Positions 13,265 through 25,524 of a DNA stretch of 64,000 nt are shown here, piece by piece. Below the pieces are notes generated by a model that saw only the letters and a program-made list of their open reading frames with translations, ran no database searches and had not been told where the DNA came from. Position numbers and translations under genes: made by a program. This DNA comes from Podarcis melisellensis (lineage: Eukaryota): assembly GCA_964234715.1 (NCBI GenBank), contig OZ174283.1, one strand, 5' to 3'. The first letter of the stretch is position 1; the number at the start of each line of letters is the position of its first letter.

Positions 13265-14022
13265 CAGGGCTAAATAATCATTTTCAGTATGAGGGTGTCA
13301 TGGTGCAGGCGCCAGCTTCGCCTGCTGAACAGCAGCCTGAAGGGGGAGAAGGCAGAGTGACTCCACCTGCAGCTGATCAGGCTTCAAGGACTCAAAGGAG
13401 AAGCCACTGATGAGAACCAGCTGGCTTCCGCCTTCTTAAGCAGAGCTTCCAGCAGCAGGCAAATGCTGGTGACAATACTTGTAGTTCCTGGTCCTACCTT
13501 GCTGCTTCCTGCTTGTCTTGACCCCATAGTCATTGGGTTCCCTGGACAATCTGCCCCACGGATTGCTGTTTGCCTGACTCTAGGACTGGACCTGATTTCA
13601 GATGCTGACCCTGCCTCCAGGCAAGTACACCTCAGAGACTCTTCTGGTTGACTGACCTCCCACTCCACTTAGCTCTGTGTGTTGTTGCGCGTTGTCTAGG
13701 GGCTGCAGCTCAGTCGATCTCGTGATCCTGATCAGCCCCCCCCCCCCGCCGCCAAAAAGCTCAATGACTTTCGTTCTCCCTCTCCCCAAAAAGCTCAACA
13801 TGTTGGACATGCCTGCTCTATATCTTCCTTCCTGGCAAGCAATTTACATTATCACCATTTAAGAACATTTTCCAGCCAGCCAAAAGCATTCAAGGAGCGT
13901 ATAAAGCAGAACCATCAAGGGATGCAGTTTGGGGAGAAGCCTAGCCTGGGCAGAGTCACAAGGGACAGGGACAGTCATGGAGGGTCACATTCAGCTCCCT
14001 GGACTGCAGTTCCCTAGTCCTG
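13265..14022. mobile_element. hAT-Charlie-like non-autonomous element with GC-rich internal segment
   Basis: CAGGGCTA...TAGTCCTG termini. TSD CCTTAGAG/CCTTAGAT. 13810-13900 resembles 48585-48670. Confidence 0.6.
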
Positions 14023-14086
14023 CCTTAGATAATGTAGGTCCCTGCAGAATAATTGGAATCAGCTGCAAATTTTATATACATACAAA

Positions 14087-14444
14087 CAGCGGCGGAGCAA
14101 GCAGATCGGGCGCCTGGGGTGGCACACATACCCTGTGCCCAAGGGCAGGGCAGCCACCCCCACGGGTGGAGCAAGCTGGGGCAGGACACCCTGCGGGTCC
14201 TCCGAGGAGTCTGCCTGCTTCCTCCCACTCTCCCAGCCCTACAGCTGAGGGGGAGGCAGCGGTCGGATGATTTGGGCAGCATAGAGCCTGCATGCGCCCA
14301 AGCCACAGTATCTCTCCCAGGTGAGCCGCGTGACTTGGGCACGCTGCAGGCCCTGCGGTGAGTGCTGCCCAGCATTTTGTCACGCCCCCTCAGTGGTGAC
14401 AACTGGGGGCCGTCCGCCCCCACCACCCCCTTCCTCCGTCCCTG
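14087..14444. mobile_element. GC-rich hAT MITE (family A)
   Basis: CAGCGGCGGAGC...CCTCCGTCCCTG termini. Degenerate TSD CATACAAA/CACACACA. Internal similarity to the 12396 copy. Confidence 0.8.
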
Positions 14445-15374
14445 CACACACACACTGTTAATTTTACATTTTAAGCTGGTCATTCCATGGTAATTCAAAT
14501 GTTTGCCACTATATGGATAGAACCAGTTTGTTTTTTTGTTTTGAGAAAAACAACGTGCCTAGGAAATTTTATTTACATTCTTTCTCTATGTAAAATTTAA
14601 TATTCATAGAAAAAACATGAAAGAAAAAACTGGAAACAGCAATTCACTAGGAATTGTTATTCTTGGATAGCTATTCTTCTTAGCCATCTTATGATTTTAA
14701 AGTTGTCACCATCATGCACAGAAGAATACTGTCCCTGAACCTGTGTCCCAATATTTTCCACTCTGACCTGCAACTCTAGACTGAATTCCCAATTCTAAAT
14801 GTTTCTGATGTAGGGCTGGTCCTAACTCTGCAAGCATGATCTGAATCCTGGTCAAATAGCTGTGGTGTTTCACAAAATGTGTCCTAAATGACTAACAAAT
14901 ATTCCTTTAATTATGCAGATTGATAAGCATATTTGACTTGTAGCTGTCGCTAAAGTTAAGTATGCAATAAATCTGTGATTAAACCTCCCCATATTGTTGT
15001 CATTGACTTTCAACTTCAGCCTTTATCACAATTGGTTTTTTAAAAAAAGTATGGTGAAACACTATGCAGATTTCTTTAAATCTGCGGCACCATAGGCCAG
15101 TTTAATTGATGAGTAATATTGTTTAAATTGACTTGGTTAATGTGATCTTTAGGCCATGATGCTGTACTTTCTTCAGCAGTAGAATTGCCATTACCTTTTT
15201 ACACAGTCATGGTCAAGATGATGACATTAGGAAGCTGAGCATTAAATAGTCAATCTGCAAAAAATTGGAAATGGGTTTTATTGGCTGTAATAGAAATTAC
15301 ACATACAAGGTCTGATGGCTGCGTAAAGTATGAAGCGACCATTAAATTATTCTGGGGATGCTTGATGTCTGCAT

Positions 15375-15376
<2 letters not shown>

Positions 15377-15405
<29 letters not shown>
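15377..15405. repeat. (GT)n microsatellite
   Basis: Perfect dinucleotide run. Confidence 0.97.
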
Positions 15406-15407
<2 letters not shown>

Positions 15408-15958
15408 TCATCAAATATGCCACATTCATTCATGTGATCTTTTTAATTTTTGGAGAGAAACTGTTTGTGTCAGGCCCATTTTGTGTAAAACTGAATGGCT
15501 CTATATTAAAAGTGTAGAAAATTAGAAATTGAGTGTGGTAGTTTAGCAACATTTGTGAAGTCTGTAGTCTATGAAATGGAGTTCTGAACATCATCTGCTA
15601 TTGGCAGATGCCCTTTATGGGTCACACACCTGGTTATTAATGCAGTCTGGTTAAAAGGAGAGAGAAAGCAACATGAGCGGTCATGACAGCAAAAACCATC
15701 CACCTAAGCTTGAGTAAAAAAACCCCCCAAAAATTGTGCTTTGAAAACCAATGAACTTCTGTATACCTTTTGCCCTCCATGCACCTGTTATTGGAGGACA
15801 CTGAACACAGAAGGGTGGAGCTCATAATCAAGTGTTAATTATGTAGGACTATTTAAAAATAACTTTGATTAACAAAAATAGTAACATACAAAGCCCCAGA
15901 TATTACAAAGTAGCAAATATAGCTCTGTACAGAATATAAAACAACTAATTACAGTATC

Positions 15959-16358
15959 CATAAAGAAGGCTGATCGCTGAAGAATTAATGCTTTTGAATT
16001 ATGGTGCTAAAGGAGACTCTTGAGAGTCCCATGGACTGCAAGAAGATCAAACCTATCCATTCTTAAGGAAATCAGCCCTGAGTGCTCATTGGAAGGACAG
16101 AGCCTGAAGCTGAGACCCCAATACTTTGGCCACCTCATGAGAAGAGAAGACTCCCTGGAAAAGACCCTGATGTTGGGAAAGATGGAGGGCACAAGGAGAA
16201 GGACGACAGAGGACAAGATGGTTGGATAGCGTTCTTGAAGCTACCAGCATGAGTTTGACTAAACTGCAGGAGGCAGTGGAAGACAGAAGTGCCTGGTGTG
16301 CTCTGGTCCATGGGGTCACGAAGAGTCGGACACAACTAAACGACTAAACAACAACAAC
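15959..16358 (+). mobile_element. BovB (RTE) LINE, 5'-truncated
   Basis: Translates to RVPWTARRSNLSILKEISPECSLEG...YFGHLMRREDSLEKTLMLGK. (CAA)n tail. 12-bp TSD AATTACAGTATC. Confidence 0.93.
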
Positions 16359-17292
16359 AATTACAGTATCTGTAGCAACTATTGATCTGTATGGAACACC
16401 GAGGTTCTATACAAATACTCGGCTTCATAATATGGTCCCAGTGCTATTTCTGCATGTCCTGGAAACAACTGGCCATGACAGTTTTACTTGTTCTTGTCCT
16501 CCCCCCATTTTAAAGCTGTTTTTATAGTTATGTATTATATTGTTGCAACCAATCCTGTTGGTTTATGGTTTTAGCAGTTTTGGCAGATAAACCTCTATGG
16601 CTTTAATAGCCTGGGTCCAAAGACTCTGCTGTGTGAATGGAGATTCCATTAGCACAGAAGGGCTTTCTTATTTTGTCCATATCTATAGCCTTACAGAAAC
16701 CCTGGAAGTCAGTTTTTTTGAGGTGATCTTAACTCTGGGACAAACTGACAAATCCTCCAGCCCCACAGGAGAAGAAGCATTTCCTGCAACTGGATCTTTG
16801 CTTACAAAGCTAGGTATTTGTATTTTAAATGGTTCTTTATTTTTCTTAAAATAAATAAGGCAAACCACTTTTAAGATATATATTTTACTTAAAGGCAGCA
16901 TAAAATGCTTTCAAGTAAAGTACTGTAAGTAAAAATAAATAAGTACATGAATAAAAGGAGCCACTGTTCATTCTTTTCATAATATCATCCCCGCAAATGG
17001 CTAATTGTTTGCCTAGCTGTAAATCTATGCCCCTCAGATGATATAGAACCATGGAGGGATAGCCCTATAAATTATTGCCAGAGATTGAACTGGAGAGTGC
17101 CAGAGAGTACTTTATCACTTAAAGCAGTTTATTACTATGTTTGTAGGAAGCCACACACAGTTGAGAAGGCACTCCACAACAGCAGGCCTAAGCAGAATGG
17201 ATTACAAAGTAGGGAATTTCGACCTCATAAAATGTGAAGACTTTTTATTTTAAAAGGACTGGATTTTTGAAATGGTGTATGATACCTTTACA

Positions 17293-18081
17293 TTGCGTGA
17301 CCAGGCGGTGACAGCCCCAGCCCCCAGGGATCATAAAAAAGGAATAAAGACTCTGACAACGTTATACGGAATTAAAATTAGGCCACAACTTTATTAAACT
17401 TCTGAATGTAGGAAGACCTTGGCTTAGGCCTTGGGCATGTATCTCTCCCAGACCCCCATCTGGGGGGAACTGGGGCTCATCAGGGTAAATGGGTTATGGT
17501 GGTGCTCTGTGAGATGTAGGTGTAGCAGGCAGCCTAGCCCATATCCCTATATGCAGGGTAGTTCACTGATGACCTTTCAGTGTATGGCCAGTGACACCCA
17601 TATATATAACTCCTTTAAGATGGGGACCCTGGACTTGCCGCCGCAGGGGTGTGAGTCACCACTTCATGCCCCCCCCCCCCACATAGGGAAGAAAAAACTA
17701 AAGGATTTCACCCAAGGCCATAACCACCAAAGTTGTGACGAATTGCTATGGGGAAGACAAAACCTGCCAATGCAGGAAAATTTCTTCCCAGTCCTTCAAC
17801 AGCAACCAGTCAAAGACCATAGCAGCGCCTGCTAAACAGGAAGAAAAAGTTAACCTGCAAACAAGAAACATTAAACAAATGGAGGGGAGGGAGGGTGAAT
17901 CTCCAGATCCGACTGCCTGGCTATTGTGGGCTCCACCCCCTATTTATAAATGGGGCTGGCCCCACCTCCCAGCAAGAAACTTGATTACTGAGGCTGGGCA
18001 TGAACCTCCAAAAATTAACAGTGAGAAGCAAGCCAGTCCGATTACCAGTAAGCTTCCTGGGAACTGTAGCACCACGCGTGA
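17293..18081 (-). mobile_element. Solo terminal-repeat remnant with TATA and poly(A) signal, possibly DIRS/Ngaro (tyrosine-recombinase retrotransposon)
   Basis: Minus strand has TTTATAAATA (17941-17950) and AATAAAGTTGTGGCC (17381-17395). GCGTGA occurs at both ends. No TG..CA termini. Shares motifs with 45449-45996. Family assignment is inference. Confidence 0.5.
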
Positions 18082-19540
18082 TCCTGCAAAGGACACCCAC
18101 AATGTAAAGTGTGAGTGCTCATTTGGTTGGTACTCACATGATACCTTTACATTATTGGCTGGTACTCACATGGGGCAGAAACTGTCATTGCTAGTGTTGC
18201 ACTGGAGTAATCAACTCTTACTTTTTTGTGGGGGGGGACACATCTGTGGGTATGCTAGAATAGCTGCTGAATATCAGCAATGCTTTGGGTGGACAGAGTT
18301 TTTAAAATTTAATTTTGGAGGTTGGGTGTTTACTGCTAGGGTAGATTTCTTTTCCATTTCTTTATGTTTTTAAGCCAGGGCCTGTCAGACAGTGGATGTG
18401 GATGATTTGTATATTTACAGCCTATGGCCCAAGGAACCATAGCTATTACATTGCACTTACAGCCATTGCACTTATTACCTGCTAGTCTGGAGGTAATAGT
18501 TACAGCAAATGTTTTGGCCTTTTGATCCGGAATACTGGTTGGTATGAATATTGGATGTTACAGTTTCAAACCCCTTTGAAATGCACTTTTAGTATGTTTG
18601 ACTTCCAGACATTTTCTGTTGATCAAAAGTTTTCCAGCTCCTTTGAAGCTTTCAGAAGTGCAGCCATTAATTAAAGACGGCTGTCTCACGGTAGTTGTTT
18701 CTCTCTGACCCACAATTTGCTGCTCCCACTTAATCAACTACAGACTGTGATCTGCTAGAGTGAGTGTAGCACGGCGCTGTGAGCCAAGAAAATGTGACTT
18801 CATCTTTGCTCTTCTAAACACGAAAATTGTACATGACTCACAATTTTTCTGAAACAGTTCATTCTGTTGTATCATAGGAATAAAGAGCATGGGAAGTTCT
18901 TCCTGATAAATTGAGTTTATTACTCTTGGAATATAATTTCAATTCTCATTTTATGTTAAATTTCTTGGATGTGTATGCATTGGGGTCTGCCTGCACAAGG
19001 AGAACCAATGGTTCCAAGTCAAAAATGTATCTGGTGTTAATATCAAAATAAAAATGTGATCACTTAGGGCAGTCTTCCCCAATCTTCCAGATGTTTTGGG
19101 ACATAACATCCATCATTGCTTACCATTGGCCATGTTGCCTGGGGCTGATAGGAATTCTAGTTCCAAAGATCTGAAGGTCATCAGGCTGGAGAAAGCTGAA
19201 ATTCTGTGAAGAGACCAAGACAGGCCTTGGCTAGATTGGGGAGAAAAAACATTTTATATGCGTTGTATATGCATTATAACAATGTGATATCAGAGGTGCT
19301 GTGGAGTTCCATTTTTGCCAATGCAATTTCTCCTACAAAGCTTACAACACGTTTTACTGAAACGCTTCTTTGATGTGTCTAGATCCAGCCACAGTGTTGC
19401 CTTAGTGAAATATATGACTGTGTGAAGTTTAGGATGTAAACTGATCACAGTCCAATATTCAGCACTACAGAAAACATTCAAACTATTTTCTAGGTCACAC
19501 ATGGAAATCATTGTTTGGTTTTCACTGAATGCTTCATGTG

Positions 19541-19543
<3 letters not shown>

Positions 19544-19596
<53 letters not shown>
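19544..19596. repeat. (GA)n microsatellite
   Basis: Perfect dinucleotide run. Confidence 0.98.
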
Positions 19597-19599
<3 letters not shown>

Positions 19600-20294
19600 C
19601 TGATGATGGGGCCTGCACTATGTAAGCTTATGTTGGTCTTTAAAGTACTAAAAAAAATGTTTGCTATAAACGAGAGTGGTAACACAAGGAATGTGGGAGT
19701 TCAGGCCAGAGAGCGAGCTCATATCAACTCCCAGTTGGCATGAGAGGACTGTTATACAATGTATTTGCTTTATTGTTTAAAGATATAAACTCTCTTGCTT
19801 GCCAGTAAATAAGCTACATTTCTGGATACTTTTGCTCTAAGAAACCTATGATGATTTAACTCCAAACTAGAAGTCTGTAAAGAAGAGTCCACATGTGGAG
19901 AATGATATTGTGCAGGACTTACTCGTCTCCCCCATCTGGAATGAATGTTGGTTCATGTAAGAAAGCTCAAGATGAAATGTACAAATGGTTTGGAGGCTAA
20001 GATGAGACAAAGGTCTGAGGACATGTGGACAGCGATGTGATGTGTGGGGTTCAGCAGGTTTAAATAGTCTGATCTCCATTTCTCTCCTATAGGGCAAATT
20101 GCCCGCACATGGTTGTCCACATTACCCCTATGGGAGAGTCCATTGCTCCTCTTCTTGCAGGGGAGGAAATTGTGGCAAATGCATCCCTTCCCCACTTCCC
20201 CACATACAGGGAATGGAATTAACATATATACTTCTTGAACAGATCTCCCTGTGACACACACATTATTAGTTGAACCAAGCAGTCAACAATATAA

Positions 20295-20530
20295 CAGCTG
20301 ATTTAGTATAGTGGCTAAGAGACTGATCTAAGAACTAGGATGTCTTGCATTCAAATCTCTTTTCTTTCATGGACTCACTAGGTTAGTTTGGGTTTAGCCA
20401 TTCTCCATCCGAATTACAAGGATAAAAAGACTACACTTTACATGGATGGTGTCAAGATGACTGAGACAATGTGTATGCAGTAGTTACTTGCAATGCATTA
20501 AATTGCTCTCTCAAAAGTTAATAAAATAAT
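20295..20530 (+). mobile_element. Degenerate MIR/CORE-like tRNA SINE
   Basis: TAGTATAGTGGCTAAGAG A-box-like and TTCAAATC B-box-like sequences, with a decayed core. Confidence 0.5.
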
Positions 20531-20579
20531 AGAAAATGTTACACATTTCTAAGCTTCCTGCCTTTCAAACTTATTCAAA

Positions 20580-21424
20580 CTTAGTGTCTGGAGGCGGTTG
20601 GAAGATGGATGGCGGCTAACAGATTGAGGTTGAATCCTGACAAGACAGAAGTACTGTTTTTGGGGGACAGGAGGTGGGCAGGTATGGAGGATTCCCTGGT
20701 CCTGAATGGGGTAACTGTGCTCCTGAAGGACCAGGTGCGCAGCCTGGGAGTCATTTTGGACTCACAGCTGTCCATGGAGGCACAGGTCAAATCTGTGTCC
20801 AGGGCAGCTGTTTATCAGCTCCATCTGGTACGTAGGCTGAGACCCTATCTGCCTGCAGACTGTCTCGCCAGAGTGGTGCATGTTCTGGTTATCTCCCGCT
20901 TGGACTACTGCAATGCGCTCTATGTGGGGCTACCTTTGAAGGTGACCCGGAAACTACAACTGATCCAGAACGCGGTAGCTAGACTGGTGACTGGGAGCGG
21001 CCGCCGAGACCATATAACACCGGTCTTGAAAAACCTACATTGGCTCTCAGTACATTTCCGAGCACAATTCAAAGTGTTGGTGTTGACCTTTAAAGCCCTA
21101 AACGGCCTCGGTCCAGTATATCTGAAGGAGCGTCTCCTCCCCCATCATTCTGCCCGGACACTGAGGTCCAGCTCTGAGGGCCTGCTGGCAGTTCCCTCAC
21201 TGTGAGAGGCCAAGTTACAGGGAACCAGGCAGAGGGCCTTCTCGGTAGTGGCACCCACCCTGTGGAACGCCCTCCCATCAGATGTCAAAGTGATAAACAT
21301 CTGAAGGCAGCCCTGTTCAGGGAAGTTTTTAATATGTGACATTTTAGTGTATTTTTCATCTTTGTTGAAAGCTGCCCAGAGTGGCTGGGGAGGCCCAGCC
21401 AGATGGGTGGGGTACAAATAATAA

Positions 21425-21461
<37 letters not shown>
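20580..21461 (+). mobile_element. L2 LINE, 5'-truncated, young
   Basis: ORF2 C-terminus WMAANRLRLNPDKTE, LGVILD, LDYCNALY, LQLIQN, HITPVLKNLHWL. (TTA)n tail. TSD TTATTCAAA (20571-20579, 21462-21470). Confidence 0.92.
20585..21205 (+). pseudogene. L2 ORF2 C-terminal fragment (about 200 codons open)
   Basis: ORF track 20609..21205. Lacks the RT core. The terminal TGA is plausibly CGA lost to CpG decay. Confidence 0.85.
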
Positions 21462-21468
<7 letters not shown>

Positions 21469-22061
21469 AAGCACTAGAAATGAAGGGGAACATTTCCTTA
21501 CACTGTGCAACTTCTAACTTTTCTTATTTGGTTAACATTTTAAATAAGTGCATTTCCACTTTTAAAAGGTCATGCAGTACAATTTCCTTTTAACCTTGTT
21601 TGTGCGTTTCATTATAGTAATATATTTCCCTCCTCCAATGCAGTCAGGACAAGTCTGTTTTTATTAGAGGCTGCTTAGTAGAGCCAAATTGGTCACTTAG
21701 AGGGAACAGACATACTGACTCCTTCTTATTGTTAAGAATGCTTGATTGACTCACATAAGCTGCTCCTAAGAAAAGAGTGCTTAGAAACAGCTTCCCAGGA
21801 ACCTCTTTGCTCAGATTAACACACTGGTCCTTTCATCCTCTATTGAGAAATACTATGCCCCCATAGTACAGGTAAGATCAAGATACTAGACCAAATTCCT
21901 CATTTCTTCACAGGCATCCTTCATTTGATATATGTAACTCTTATTCTTAACAGTTCCTCTACTACAGTCAGACACTTGTCATTAAGAGATTCTCATGTTT
22001 TGCTAATCAGCGAGGTTCTTTATAAACTTGGTATTAAGCTATTTCACATCATTTTTAATGG

Positions 22062-22225
22062 GCCAGTGATTCAATGGGTAGGAGCTGAAGCAGAGAGGTG
22101 GGGCACATGCTTGGCAGGGAGGAGGTCTCCAGTTCAATCTTCAGAATTATCAGATATGGCAGAGATCCTGGAAAGCATCTTTCAGTCAGCTTAGATCATA
22201 CGGAGCATTGCCTCTACATGCATTC
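22062..22225 (+). mobile_element. Degenerate tRNA-derived SINE (Squam2-type)
   Basis: Similar to the reverse complement of 55725-55925 and 60147-60325. Confidence 0.5.
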
Positions 22226-22229
22226 CCCA

Positions 22230-22355
22230 GCCATTGGTATTCTGGGGCACACTGCCTCAAAACAGTGGAGGCAGAATGTAGCAAGAAGCCTTATTCTCCA
22301 TGAATTTTCTCATTCTCTTTTAAAGCTATCCAAGTTGGTGGCCATACCCACCACT
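22230..22355 (-). mobile_element. CR1 3' fragment
   Basis: Similar to 45075-45195 (CTCCATGAATTT...TTTTAAAGC.ATC.AAGTTGGTG). Confidence 0.55.
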
Positions 22356-22586
22356 GTATGCTGGGTTATCTATAGAGTATACTCACACAATCCCATGCAT
22401 AAATGTGCAGACAGGAGAGGCTCGGCCAGCATGTGCATTGGTGGGGGCAGGGCTGTCCAAATGATCCTGTCACATATGCTTTCAATGGGGAATGGGGATC
22501 ATGTGAACACACTTGGGGGAAATGTTCCTCCTCTTTTCTCTTTGACTCTGGCTGGCTTTTTTCTTCTTATTTTTATTTTGTGGAAC

Positions 22587-22590
<4 letters not shown>

Positions 22591-22653
<63 letters not shown>

Positions 22654-22772
22654 TTTTAATTATTATTTGTACCCTGCCCATCTGACTGAGTTGTCCCAGC
22701 CACTCTGGCTGGCTTCCAACAGATATAAAAACATAATCAAACATCAAGCATGAAGAACTTTCCTACACAGCC
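22591..22772 (-). mobile_element. L2 3' tip with expanded (TTA)n tail
   Basis: (AAT)~20 followed by TACCCTGCCCATCTG...CCCAGCCACTCTGG, the reverse complement of 21370-21420. Confidence 0.85.
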
Positions 22773-23479
22773 TCTACCTATAGACGTAAGTGCTGCAGCA
22801 CAGACACTAGTTTGCTACTTCAGTAAGAACTGAGCCATAGAATGGACTTCTCAGAGTTTCCACCCATGAGTCTTGTTTAAGCAGCTTTCTTCAAGCATAT
22901 ATAAAGAGATTGAAATCCCATGTTTTACTGAGGACAGGGTAATCCTTTGTACCTGTCTGGAATAGCATTTGCAGCTGTCTAAATACATAAAGATTACATG
23001 AATTATACTGAAGTGATTTGTGTTTTTTCCTTTTAAAGAGCAATGTGTTTTAGATGCATTGTCCTGAAACACACCTGCAGGATTTATGATAAAGCTGTCA
23101 TAGATCTTTATGATTATTATATCACTAGTGGAACCCTACTGCATAGCTCTGTTTTCCCCTCTCTTTCCCCTGAGGCATCAGAAATGACTACAAGTAGAAG
23201 CAGGATGTTGAGTGGTATCTAATTTTCTTTTGGGATCACTTGTTGGTTGGGTTTTTACTCCTGCTCAGCATTCTGATTGATCAAATGTCTGGGTTAGTGA
23301 AGCAACACCCCCATCTCAATACATTCTCAAAAGAGGGTTCTTTAAAAAAATACTTCCACTGTAGCATGTGGTTTAGTGCTGTGTTGAAACCTATTCTGCA
23401 GGTTCTCAGCAGTTTTCTTCTTCTGTGAAAGAGGCTTCATTTTTTTCTGCCTTATTCACAGGGTGCATTAGAACTGATT

Positions 23480-23942
23480 TGTAGGGATGATCGCGGAGTG
23501 GGGTCCGGAGGGAGCACACTCCCCACCCGCAGGCAGCCACAGTCTGCCTGCACCGAGTGACCTTGGGGGGTGGGGAACCCCCCCCCAACAGACAAAGCCA
23601 CAGCTGTCTGAACATCGTACCCTCTGTCTAACCCTTTGCGGTCTCAGTAGTCTGCGGTGCCCTGTCTGTAACCTTTGTCTCTGAGACCTTTTGTCTCCTT
23701 CGTCATACACTGTGCAAGGGGAAAATGACGTGGTGGAAACAGGTGTCAAAATAACTTTGTACCACCCCACTATCTCGGGACCAGAAGATGTGTAAAGGTC
23801 ACAGCCCAAAATGTATCTGCCTGGGTTTGCATATTTGTCTCAATAAAAGGAGGCTCCATAGGGCTGGTCGGCAGCTCGCTTTCAGCTCACCTGTGCACAG
23901 CTCACCTGCATTATCAACTCCTGTCTCATGTCCTTCACTTCA
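23480..23942 (+). mobile_element. Solo LTR, class II ERV-like (463 bp)
   Basis: TGTAG...CTTCA termini. Perfect 6-bp TSD CTGATT (23474-23479, 23943-23948). CpG-rich. AATAAA at 23842-23847. No internal region. Confidence 0.75.
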
Positions 23943-24771
23943 CTGATTGATACTTTCCATGGGTGCAGGACTAAGGTAAATTTACTGTTGCAAGGGGGCA
24001 GTGGGTGGTGTGAATATTTTACTTTCCGCTAAAAGTTTCTCCAGTGTTTCTCGGCAGCCTCCCCAGCTGCCTTTGTTTCCTGTTCTCAAAAGTCCCATGG
24101 ACAGAATTACATCATGATTTCTTCACCTGGGTTTTGATTAAATTGTGGCAAACTCAGAGGGGGTGGTCTGAGTGCTTGGGATTAGTGCAGTCACTAATGG
24201 TTGTTTTTAATGAAATATACCCCCTTTTTACCTTTTAAAACTATATTTCTGCATTAATTTTTAACAGTGAAAATTTGTCTTATAATAATACTATAGTGGG
24301 CAGGCACACAGTAGGCAGAACATAAAGGAAAGGCAAGCCAAAGATATCATGGTGTTTTTCAGGAAACCAGGGCACCAGAGAAGGTGAATGAAAGGACACT
24401 CACAAATATCTTTTAGCTGTCTTGAAAGTAAGCCGAGTGCAACACATAACCTGCAGCCTACCCATGAGACTTTCATGAAAATTATATTTTCCCTTTGATG
24501 ATTTTTGAGGTCACTTTCTCTTCTCATTAATTGATATAGAATAGTGGGGGAAATGCAGGATTTTCTTTTGTCACAGCACTAATGTGGTTTAGTCCTCTCT
24601 TGTCTGAGTCATCAGAAACAATTTGATTTGGAAGTATCTTCCTTCGCTGCTCTGGTTTTCTACTGGAAGCCATTTTCACAAGATTTGCAAGGTCATGAAT
24701 GACCGCCATGTGGCATGGCTGCAGGTGTTTTTGGCAAGTGGAGGGTCTTGTGGTGCTGGTTATGTCATAAG

Positions 24772-24909
24772 TAGAAGTAGCCAACCTGGTGCCCTCAAGT
24801 TGTTGTTGGACCACAATTCCCATCACTCCCAGCCAACAAGCTCAATGGTCAGGAACGATGGGAATTGTAGTCCAACAACATCTGGAAGATACTACCTTGA
24901 CTATTCTTG
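24772..24909. mobile_element. Short palindromic hAT-like MITE; further copies at about 19070-19198, 28729-28810, 40246-40380, 44010-44110 and 50841-50978
   Basis: Shared arms TGTTGGACTACAA(C/T)TCCCATC / GATGGGA(A/G)TTGTAGTCCAACA. Confidence 0.7.
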
Positions 24910-25223
24910 TCATAGACCATGTCTACTTCTCCTCTGGCCTCACACTCCACTACAGTAAAGTTGCTTTCTCCAGTGCAGACCTGCACAACTTGTGTTCTAC
25001 CAAACAAGTTTTTATCTCTCTTCGATTTCAACACACACACACACACACACACACAATTGCTTTGTTTTTTTATATGCAAATGTCTTATACATCTCTTTAG
25101 TGGTGGAGGGACAATTTGGATAGTGTGCTCCTGGAGAGTAATGAAATCCAATAGATTCCTAAATGCCCTGCCTCCCCACTCCTAGGATAGAACAAGCCAC
25201 TCTGTTGAACAATGGCACAATGA

Positions 25224-25492
25224 CAGACCCTCCCAGTGTCCCTATTTTCCAGGGACGTCCCTGATTTGGAGACACCGTCCCAGTTTCTGATTTGATCCCA
25301 GAACATCCCACTTTTCCTTAGGATGTCCCTATTTTCACTGGAGAAATGTTGGAGAGTATGGAGTTAGCCAACCCCAAGCCATCTGAAGGCAATCCTGTAT
25401 AGGGAAGTGGGTTTTTAAAAAAATATTTAATGTTTTATTATGTTTTTATATATGTTGGAAGCTGCCCAGAGTGGCTGGGGCAACCCAGTAAG

Positions 25493-25524
<32 letters not shown>

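Noticed and set aside
17431-18373. 134-aa and 212-aa plus-strand ORFs
   Set aside because: Non-ATG starts, no recognisable motifs, antisense to a repeat remnant, and the longer one runs across its boundary.
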